Shown in pieces: positions 7,704 to 14,511 of a DNA stretch of 14,511 bases (position 1 is the first letter of the stretch; each line of letters starts with the position of its first letter). A program made the translations under genes and the position numbers. The notes under the pieces were generated by a model that had not been told where the DNA came from, did no database searches, and saw only the letters and a program-made list of their open reading frames with translations. The stretch covers positions 1 to 14,511 of the forward strand of contig JBDRBU010000110.1 in NCBI GenBank assembly GCA_043822305.1, read 5' to 3'. This DNA is from Candidatus Firestoneibacteriota bacterium (GTDB taxonomy: Bacteria; Oederibacteriota; D2-FULL-39-29; JBDRBU01).

Positions 7704-9962
7704 ATGAGATTTATTATAATATTTATATTTTTACTTAGTCTAAACGGCCATGTAATTGCTAAAGAAACTACCAGCAAAGGAAAAGAAATTACTGGGATTG
7801 ATAAATTTGATAAAGCCATAAAAGAATTTGCAGACAGTATAGAAAAAAACAAAAGCAAACAATCAGTTGAAAACTTTTTAAAAATACTAAAACTTCAGCC
7901 AAATAAAGAAATAATTGCCAAAATCTCCGAATTAAGTGGATTAAAAAAATCATATCCATTAGCCTACAGTAAATCATATGATTGGAATCCTGTGTTTTCA
8001 CTTGATGGGAAAAAAATATTATTCCAGAGTTGGCAAAAATTTAAAGCACAAGAAAATAATGCTATTTATATAATGGATATTGATGGTAAAAATCAAAGAG
8101 AACTAATTGATGCAAAATTTAATAACATCTCTCCAATGTTTTCTCCTGACAGCCAGTCTATACTATTTCTTAGTTGGAGAGAAGATACAAATAGTGATGG
8201 TAAAATAGATTCTAAAGATAATACGGGAATTTACATTGTCAATATACACTCAAAACAAATAACAGAAATTGCATCACCAAAATACAAAAATTTTGAACCT
8301 TTATTTTCCCCTGATAATAAGTATCTAACATTCCAAAGTTTTCGCCATGATACAAATGGAGATGGCAAAATAGATAACTCAGATAACAGAGAAATATATC
8401 TCTCATATTTACAATTAAAAGAAGAGATAAAAATATCTCCGGAATATCAATCATATAAACCCGTATTCTCTCCTGATAGTAAAAAAATAGCATTCCATAT
8501 TGTAAAAAAAGATACTAATCATGATGGCCAGATTAATTTTTATGACAACAAAGCGCTAATTATTTACGATCTAGAAACAAAACTTTCAAAAGAAATTATA
8601 AGTGATGTTTATGACAACACGCTTGGCTCTTTTTCAAAAGATACTAAAAAAATTGTATTTAACTCCAGAAAAAAAGATAATAGAGCAATATTATCTTCCT
8701 CTATTGATGGAACAAATTTAAAAAAATTGGTAAGTGATGAATTTGATAATGAATTTTTATCATTTTCACCTGATAATAAAAAAATTGCTTACTCTAGTTA
8801 TAGAAATGATACAAATAAAGATAAACAAATAAACTCTTTAGATAATAGAGCAATTTTTTTAATAGATATCTCTGGATTTGAGGAAGAAATACAAATCGTA
8901 GGTAACAAATTCGACAACGAATTCTTGTCTTTTTACCCTGATGGTAAAAAGGTCATATTCCAAAGTTTTCGCCATGATACAAATGGAGATGGTTTAATAG
9001 ATATATTAGATAGTGGCTCGTTATATATAATAGACATTTTGTCAACTCCAACACTTAAAATAACAACTTTATTTAAAAAAAATGGAGCAATTACACGGAT
9101 TATAAATGTTGTTACTGACCCTCTTTTTAAAGGCGTATCGAAAGAACAGGAGCAGGCACTAACAAATAAATGGAAAACAGAATTCATTAAAGACGGCGAA
9201 TATCACTTCAAGGTTATGGGTGAATTTAAAAATATCAGCGACCTTCAAAAAGAAAATTATCCAATAAAGATTACCAAAGAATCTGGTCTGTTTCATACAA
9301 TAAATGAATATAGAGAAATCTTTACCTTTCATCATCCCTTTGTAAAACTAAGCCAGGAGTTGTCAAAAGCCTCAATAAAAAAATTCGTAATACAATATAA
9401 ACTTTCTGTACCTGGAGAAATCATAGATACAAATGCTTTCCAACAAGTAAACCCCACACCCTCTGGTGGTGCGTGGTTAAAGAGTTCAACTGTCATCTGG
9501 ATTATTTCTGTAGAAAAAATATTAAGCGGAGATAAGGATTATGAAATGTTTGTAAAATATAAATTCACTAATTGGGGAAATATCGCCATCATTTTAATAC
9601 TAATATTAACTGTAAGCAGTATATTCATATTAAAAATTATATATCAAAAAATAGAAATAAAAGCAAAACAATCCGAAATGGCTAAGGAATATTCAGAAAC
9701 ACATAACTACATGGGTCTGGCTTACAAAAGAAGAGGTCTATATGAAGAAGCAATTGCAGAATTTGAAGAAGCTATTAAATTCAAACCAGATGAAGCAATT
9801 TCATATTATAACTTAGCCTGTGCTTATGCATTAAAAAAAGATGATAAGAATACCTGGCTTCATTTAAAAAAAGCTATTGAGTTAGACAAAAACCTAAAAG
9901 ATACCGCCTTAACCAATAAAGAATTGAACACCGTTATGGCCATCTTTGGTAATCGTTGGTAG
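7704..9962 (+). CDS. Exported TolB-like (PD40) beta-propeller protein with DxNxDG loops, a TM anchor and C-terminal TPR repeats
   Basis: Signal peptide MRFIIIFIFLLSLNGHVIA. Repeated PxFSPDxKxIxF blades with five D-T-N-x-D-[GK]-x-I-[DN]-x-x-D loops. TM segment IAIILILILTVSSIFILKII. TPR-like HNYMGLAYKRRGLYEEAIAEFEEAIKFKPDEAISYYNLACAYA. Start moved from 7674 to 7704 based on the promoter and signal peptide. Confidence 0.85.
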   Translation: MRFIIIFIFLLSLNGHVIAKETTSKGKEITGIDKFDKAIKEFADSIEKNKSKQSVENFLKILKLQPNKEIIAKISELSGLKKSYPLAYSKSYDWNPVFSLDGKKILFQSWQKFKAQENNAIYIMDIDGKNQRELIDAKFNNISPMFSPDSQSILFLSWREDTNSDGKIDSKDNTGIYIVNIHSKQITEIASPKYKNFEPLFSPDNKYLTFQSFRHDTNGDGKIDNSDNREIYLSYLQLKEEIKISPEYQSYKPVFSPDSKKIAFHIVKKDTNHDGQINFYDNKALIIYDLETKLSKEIISDVYDNTLGSFSKDTKKIVFNSRKKDNRAILSSSIDGTNLKKLVSDEFDNEFLSFSPDNKKIAYSSYRNDTNKDKQINSLDNRAIFLIDISGFEEEIQIVGNKFDNEFLSFYPDGKKVIFQSFRHDTNGDGLIDILDSGSLYIIDILSTPTLKITTLFKKNGAITRIINVVTDPLFKGVSKEQEQALTNKWKTEFIKDGEYHFKVMGEFKNISDLQKENYPIKITKESGLFHTINEYREIFTFHHPFVKLSQELSKASIKKFVIQYKLSVPGEIIDTNAFQQVNPTPSGGAWLKSSTVIWIISVEKILSGDKDYEMFVKYKFTNWGNIAIILILILTVSSIFILKIIYQKIEIKAKQSEMAKEYSETHNYMGLAYKRRGLYEEAIAEFEEAIKFKPDEAISYYNLACAYALKKDDKNTWLHLKKAIELDKNLKDTALTNKELNTVMAIFGNRW
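9448..9481. repeat. GC-rich imperfect palindrome flanked by TAAA direct repeats, in frame within the CDS
   Basis: TAAA-CCCCACACCCTCTGGTGGTGCGTGGT-TAAA, with the TAAA copies exactly 30 bp apart. Confidence 0.6.
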
Positions 9963-9982
9963 TCGCAGGTTTTAGAATGGAG

Positions 9983-10004
9983 TCGGGGTCGTCCCTGACC
10001 CCGA
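9983..10004. repeat. Hairpin TCGGGGTC-GTCCCT-GACCCCGA between convergent genes
   Basis: Perfect 8-bp stem with no clear U-tract on either strand. Shares GGGGTCAG with the 17-bp element. Confidence 0.6.
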
Positions 10005-10020
10005 GTAAAATGGGTTTATC

Positions 10021-10044
10021 AAAAATAGTCGCTGTCCCCTATTT
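10021..10044 (-). repeat. AAATAGGGGACAGCGACTATTTTT palindromic element, copy 3 (contains the HAMP gene stop)
   Basis: AAATAG/CTATTT arms and a GGGACA core shared with 7306-7337 and 12173-12201. Confidence 0.6.
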
Positions 10045-10620
10045 ATTTATTCTATACCTACTTAAAGCAATTTGAACTTTATCTAAACCTAATTGCATTT
10101 TTTTTATCAGTACTAAAACTTTCTCTTTATTAATTTTTTCCTTATCACATTCTTTTAACAAATCATTTGCAATTACCAAAATCTTATCAATTAATTCTTT
10201 TTCTGATACAATCATCCTGCTCAAATTCTCTTTTGATTCATTAACAACTTTTATCAGGTCGGCTAATTCCTCGCCACTTCTTTTTTCAACTTCAACCGTA
10301 AAATCACCCTTACCTAATGCTTGCAATTCTTTAATTACCCTACTAACTGGAGAAGCAATTCTACTTAAAAGCAGTATACTGACAATAACTACAATTATAA
10401 AAAGAACAGGTACTAAAACAATTAAAAAGTTATTCACTCCGGAAAATATTATAGAAGTTGTTAATCCTTGTTCAGATACATCCGGGAGTCTATAACTAAC
10501 CTCTGTCTTTATAGTGTAATAAATACCCCCGCCAATAATAATTGACACCAAACCAACAACAAATATAACTATTAAAACATACTTTATTTGAAACTTTCTT
10601 TCAGAATCAAGAAATGCCAT
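10039..10620 (-). CDS. Membrane protein with two TM helices, a HAMP domain and a short coiled-coil tail (no kinase or MCP signalling domain)
   Basis: Two hydrophobic segments followed by HAMP-like SRIASPVSRVIKELQALGKGDFTVEVEKRSGEELADLIKVVN. SD GGAGGT. Confidence 0.8.
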   Translation of the reverse strand: MAFLDSERKFQIKYVLIVIFVVGLVSIIIGGGIYYTIKTEVSYRLPDVSEQGLTTSIIFSGVNNFLIVLVPVLFIIVVIVSILLLSRIASPVSRVIKELQALGKGDFTVEVEKRSGEELADLIKVVNESKENLSRMIVSEKELIDKILVIANDLLKECDKEKINKEKVLVLIKKMQLGLDKVQIALSRYRINK

Positions 10621-10696
10621 TTTACCTCCATAATTATGACTTACTTTAATGTAAAATCAATATATTAGGAATAATTGCCCACCTTAGGCGGGTAGA

Positions 10697-11344
10697 CTAC
10701 TTTATTTTCTCACTCTTTTTCCAAACTTCCTCTTGAGATAAATTTTTTATTAAAAACACAACTCTCCTATTTTTTGTTTTATTCTCCGGGGTGTCATTAA
10801 GAACAATTGGCTTATATTCTCCATACCCTATGGCCGAGAGTCTTTGAGGTGGAATTTTTTTTTCATAATTTAGATATTTCACTACATTTGTTGCTCTGGC
10901 CGTAGATAATTCCCAGTTTGAAGAAAACTGAGAGGTTTTTATTGGAACATCATCCGTATGACCCTGGATGACTATCTCATTTGGTAACTTCAAAAGTTCT
11001 GGAACAAGTTTATCTATAGATTCCTTTGCTTTTGGCATTAATTCCGCTTTACCACTTTCAAAAAAAGCAAATTCACCTTTCTCGTTTAATGTAATCTGTA
11101 AACCTTCAGGAGTATATTTAACCGTTCCACTTAACTCACCACTTTTAATCTGTTCCTCTACTTTTTTTGCAACTTCATTAACTTTTTTATCAAGCACTAC
11201 ATTTAAACTATACATAATTACAAAGAAACAAACTAACTCCGTCATTAAATCAGCATAATTAATTAACCATGGTGGAGCCGGGTGGCCTATTTGAGCAACC
11301 CGTGGGTCATTCACATCTATAACATCTCTCGATTTTAATGGCAT
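10697..11344 (-). CDS. motB: MotB-family stator subunit (TM helix + OmpA-like peptidoglycan-binding domain)
   Basis: WLINYADLMT TM motif with the conserved Asp32, plus FESGKAEL, IQGHTDD, SNWELSTARA and NRRV. Confidence 0.9.
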   Translation of the reverse strand: MPLKSRDVIDVNDPRVAQIGHPAPPWLINYADLMTELVCFFVIMYSLNVVLDKKVNEVAKKVEEQIKSGELSGTVKYTPEGLQITLNEKGEFAFFESGKAELMPKAKESIDKLVPELLKLPNEIVIQGHTDDVPIKTSQFSSNWELSTARATNVVKYLNYEKKIPPQRLSAIGYGEYKPIVLNDTPENKTKNRRVVFLIKNLSQEEVWKKSEKIK

Positions 11345-11348
11345 ATAA

Positions 11349-12155
11349 TTATGCTCCGGTTGGTGGAGTTGGAGGACCCTTCTGTCGTTTTATTGTTACT
11401 CGTTGTGAAGGTTCTAAATATGCTTTTAAATTACTTTCAGTAACTGTTGGACTTGCACCGGCCTGAATTAGTAACACTCCTCTTATAATGATTTCTTTAA
11501 CCAACAATTCATCTTCAGAGCGTCTACGGAGTTTTCCGGCCATAGGTAAGAACAATAGATATCCAGCACCAAGTCCATAAAATGCTGCCGCTAAGGCTAA
11601 AGCCATTTTTTTAGGCACTTCAGTAGGATTATCAATTGTTCTAAGCATAAGTATCATGCCTAAAACCGTTCCAATAATACCAAGTGCCGGAGCATATGTT
11701 CCTAATGCATTAAATATCTCCTGTCCTACTTTATGTCTTTCCTTAATAAAACCTAATTCTGTTTCTAACATTGTTCTAATAAATTCCTGGTCAGCACCAT
11801 CTACAACTAATTGAACTCCTCTTTTTAAAAAGTCGTTATCTATCTTTTTAATATCTTCTTCTAATGCAAGAAAACCTCTTTGTCTTGCTTTGGTTGAAAG
11901 TGTCACAAATGTAGTTACAATCTTGGAAGTATCTTCTTCTTTTGCAGTTAAAACTACTTTTAATACTTTAAAAACACCTATAATTTGCTTTAAAGGATAG
12001 TTCACTAAAAGTGCAGCAAAAGTTCCACCGATCACAATTAAAAATGCTTCAGCACTAACAAATGCTCCAAAACCCGCTAATCCTTCTGCATGATAAACAG
12101 CTACAAAAACTAAAAGTAATGCACCAATAAGCCCACCTATCGTAGTTATATCCAT
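11349..12155 (-). CDS. motA: MotA/PomA-family stator subunit
   Basis: IVIGGT, ARQRGFLALEE, FLKRGVQLVVDG, APALGIIGTVLGMI and FLPMAGKL motifs. SD AGGAGG. Adjacent to motB. Confidence 0.92.
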   Translation of the reverse strand: MDITTIGGLIGALLLVFVAVYHAEGLAGFGAFVSAEAFLIVIGGTFAALLVNYPLKQIIGVFKVLKVVLTAKEEDTSKIVTTFVTLSTKARQRGFLALEEDIKKIDNDFLKRGVQLVVDGADQEFIRTMLETELGFIKERHKVGQEIFNALGTYAPALGIIGTVLGMILMLRTIDNPTEVPKKMALALAAAFYGLGAGYLLFLPMAGKLRRRSEDELLVKEIIIRGVLLIQAGASPTVTESNLKAYLEPSQRVTIKRQKGPPTPPTGA

Positions 12156-12172
12156 CTAGACAACCCTCCTAT

Positions 12173-12201
12173 AAAATAGGGACACATCCCATTTTTCTAC
12201 T
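12173..12201 (+). repeat. AAAATAGGGACACATCCCATTTTTCTACT palindromic element, copy 2 (just upstream of the motA SD)
   Basis: Shares AAAATAGGGACA and ATTTTTCTACT with 7306-7337. Confidence 0.7.
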
Positions 12202-12207
12202 TAATTT

Positions 12208-12486
12208 TTAATAAGCATTTTGACGAGTATCAGCAGATATCATAAATACTATCTTTTTATAGTCGTCAATTGTATAAAAAAATCTATAATTACCTATTCT
12301 ATAACGCCATGTTTCTGGGATATAATTTATCAATTTTTTTATATTTTTACCAAAGTACGGATTTTGTCTCAATTGTGGATAAACATATGTAATAAGTTTT
12401 CTCTTAACCATCTTCTGTTGACCGTCAAAATCCTGTTTAAGATCTTCTAGAAATTGGTTCGTTTCAAATACTTTAAATTTATCCAA
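12208..12486 (-). CDS. Type II toxin, RelE/ParE superfamily
   Basis: 92 aa with NPYFGKNIKKL and WRYRIGNYRFFYTID, a RelE-like pattern. The TTG start overlaps the antitoxin stop by 8 bp. Confidence 0.88.
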   Translation of the reverse strand: MDKFKVFETNQFLEDLKQDFDGQQKMVKRKLITYVYPQLRQNPYFGKNIKKLINYIPETWRYRIGNYRFFYTIDDYKKIVFMISADTRQNAY

Positions 12487-12721
12487 CGAGTTTTCCTTTC
12501 ATTTCTTTAGCGTCGTTATGTCCTTTTTTGAGTTTTTCTAACAACTTTTTATCTGTTTTAATTTGGGACATTTCAATAGGGTCTATATAATATGTCTCTT
12601 CTATCTTCTTTAGAACAACTGTTGTAATAAAATTAGAAATAGGACGACGTTCTATTTCAGCAGTAGCAGATATTTCCCTGTATTCTTCCTCTGATAATCG
12701 TAATGTTATTACTTTAGACAT
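12479..12721 (-). CDS. Putative antitoxin with an N-terminal ribbon-helix-helix domain
   Basis: 80 aa with RHH pattern KVITLRLSEEEYREI...ISNFI. Strong SD AAGGAGGT. Directly upstream of and overlapping the toxin. Confidence 0.85.
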   Translation of the reverse strand: MSKVITLRLSEEEYREISATAEIERRPISNFITTVVLKKIEETYYIDPIEMSQIKTDKKLLEKLKKGHNDAKEMKGKLVG

Positions 12722-12756
12722 TTAAAATACCTCCTTATTCTATTGTATTCAGTTAT

Positions 12757-12785
12757 ATTCTAACATATTTTTACAAAAATGTCAA
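12757..12785 (-). promoter_or_regulatory. Sigma70 promoter of the toxin-antitoxin operon
   Basis: TTGACA (12785-12780), 17-nt spacer, TAGAAT (12762-12757), with an extended -10 TGn. Confidence 0.7.
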
Positions 12786-12908
12786 GAGTTATGTTCTAAA
12801 TTTCTGTTTATAAAGACAGAAGGCGTTCTTTATCAAACAAAGAGTCGGGTAATTTTTGCTTGTCTTTTAAAACTGTTCCCATTTTTATGTCCACATAGTT
12901 ATTGCCTT

Positions 12909-14014
12909 TTATAATATTCCTCTCCTTAAATTATTAAACCAAGTGCTGTAATTCTCCGGCCTTAAAAGGTCAAAAATATAATATTGAGCGGTGCTGGTTT
13001 GGAAATCTTCGGGTAAATCAACCGGATTAACTTCTCGTAAGCGGTTATTTACATTTTGGAAGTGGTCTTTGCCAAAACGCTCTTTAGCTCGTGTTATCTC
13101 TTCTTGATCCTCATCACTCTTTATTTCAACGACTCGTATTATTTCTTTAATTCCTTGATCTTCTAATTCCCGCAGCTTGCGCAAATTTATATTGGGATTT
13201 TCCTCTGTCAACTTATCCATATAATTTTGCAAATCAGTCCTTATAAAAAAATCAGGGTTGAAGCTTCGACGAACTCTATCTTTTCCACCCTTCCAAAACT
13301 CATAGCTAAGGCTATAAAACCCCACATCTCGTGATTTAACCCATGCATCTATATACTTAGCATGTTCAATAAGTTTAAAGACAAAATTACATTCTGGACT
13401 GTGAGATACAATAACGAGATTTAATGGAATTTTAAACATAGAGGTGTTTACAACATATAATGGTTTTGTTTTTATCAACTGACGGACATAATCAGGTAAT
13501 TCAACATCTGCAAAATCCATCATTAACTGTCCTTCGGAATCCTTATATCTTTTCTGGAAGTCCTTAATAACGAATACATTTTCTTCGGTAAGTTCATCCT
13601 CAAAATCTTCAGAAATAAAAATACTCGTGTCTCTGTCAAGTTCACTTGAGCGAGCACTGGCTATATCCATATCTTCAGTTTTGATTCCGATAATATTACC
13701 TTCAATATTAATATGAACTCTTTTCTTTTTACCGCGAGGAAGGAATTGGTTGAAAAATAATTCCACCTGCTTTTTATTTTCTTCCGATATTCTGTTCCCT
13801 TCTATGACTGCTTTCTCCATAGATTTTCGGATGACTTTTTCTATATCATCCATATCAGGCAAATCATTGATGATAATACCATCTCCGAAATCAAACCGTT
13901 TGGTTTCAAACTGTCTTAAAGCAAATCTATCTGCAATTTCAGAAGCAACCTGGTCTACTGTATAAAAATTCCTTGTTAATTCAAATTTCTTCTTATCTAT
14001 CATATAAGTAACAT
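12909..14014 (-). pseudogene. 3' fragment of a type III restriction (Res)-like helicase/nuclease gene, truncated by an IS4 insertion
   Basis: C-terminal SHSPECNFV...AWVKS...FNPDFF...VVEIK resembles the PD-(D/E)xK nuclease end of Res subunits. No helicase motifs are present. The frame stays open to the IS end at 14015, with no SD before the ATG at 14003. Confidence 0.7.
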
Positions 14015-14368
14015 CACACCTGTCCGCTAAAAGTTTAGAGCGAGACAGAGTTGCTGGTCAGTATTCTTGACCTTATGGAGTATTTTATCATTAATATTTA
14101 ATAAGTCAATAAGATTTAAGCGTTCTAGGACAGTTTCTCTTATGATTTTATGCAAGTAAAACAAAGAAAATTTGTATTTTGTCTGGTATTTGATATAGGT
14201 TAGAAGCAAATAATAGCACATAGCAATCCAAATCTGAGTTAACACGGCATTTTTGGAAGTCCCGAAGAAAGTTTTAATTTTAAGATTTTGTTTAATCCAT
14301 TTGAAGAAGACTTCTATTTGCCAGCGAGCCTTGTAGATAGAAGCAATAGTATAAGCAGACAGAGAGAA
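14015..14368 (-). mobile_element. IS4-family element, right-end remnant
   Basis: Terminal CACACCTGTCCGCTAAAA (from 14015) resembles IS4 CAC..TGTCC ends and overlaps the transposase stop. Confidence 0.8.
14027..14368 (-). pseudogene. IS4-family transposase C-terminal fragment
   Basis: Extending the 14027-14245 frame upstream gives FSLSAYTIASIYKARWQIEVFFKWIKQNLKIKTFFGTSKNAVLTQIW, which contains the YREK motif (Y-x2-R-x3-E-x5/6-K). An in-frame TAA at 14371-14369 truncates it. Confidence 0.88.
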
Positions 14369-14371
14369 TTA

Positions 14372-14511
14372 TGGGTCATTCGTAAATAATGTGGGAGAAA
14401 TAGGAGAAAGCATTAAGTTATAAGGGGAAATAAAAAAGCACCGATTACCGAAGAAAACTGATATAGTTAGGTTTATGACAACCAACTTAATCAGGAGGTA
14501 ACCGATGCAAG
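14372..14511 (+). mobile_element. Probable left end of a second IS (possibly IS5/IS1182-like) inserted in the IS4 transposase
   Basis: Transposase similarity is lost abruptly at ~14369-14373. There is an end-like GGGTCATTCGTAAATAA, SD AGGAGG (14493-14498) and an ATG at 14505 at the window edge. An imperfect inverted repeat (14438-14449 / 14497-14508) overlaps that start. Confidence 0.5.

Noticed and set aside
10675..10695. Hairpin TTGCCCACC-TTA-GGCGGGTAG as a terminator after motB
   Set aside because: The stem is imperfect and has no U-tract. At most it is another small palindromic remnant.
10697..12155. Zorya (ZorA/ZorB) defence system
   Set aside because: MotA is normal length with flagellar-type motifs and lacks the long ZorA cytoplasmic tail. 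No ZorC/D/E-like genes are adjacent.
12868..12892. AAAACTGTTCCCATTTTT as a fourth copy of the GGGACA element
   Set aside because: The match is too short and degenerate to distinguish from chance in AT-rich DNA.
75..13965. Short antisense ORFs (75-404, 1869-2255, 3636-3872, 5438-5626, 5913-6152, 6581-6766, 7643-7858, 7789-8001, 8239-8493, 8933-9187, 10968-11258, 12220-12450, 13750-13965)
   Set aside because: They are shadows of well-supported genes on the opposite strand and have no recognisable motifs.

Overview
AT-rich bacterial chromosomal window. Positions ~100-7610 are a minus-strand block: an FMN riboswitch with its intrinsic terminator, then ribD-ribE-ribBA, an apparent internal promoter, ribH-nusB-galU, a UPF0104/LPG-synthase-type flippase, an SDR nucleotide-sugar epimerase and a small zinc-ribbon protein. 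A divergent, probably leaderless gene encodes a membrane-anchored TolB-like beta-propeller with five DxNxDG calcium-type loops and a C-terminal TPR. Converging on it is a stand-alone motA-motB-(2TM+HAMP) unit whose stator has atypical ion-channel residues. The right end is accessory DNA: a RelE/ParE-type toxin-antitoxin pair, the 3' part of a type III restriction-like nuclease/helicase gene cut by an IS4 element, and a probable second IS nested in that IS4. The most striking unannotated signal is a set of small palindromic, REP-like elements. They sit inside two loops of the FMN aptamer, in frame inside a gene, and at the N- or C-termini of RibD, GalU, RibBA and the HAMP protein. One inverted 17-bp pair brackets ribH-nusB in a way that could act as an inversion switch for galU.
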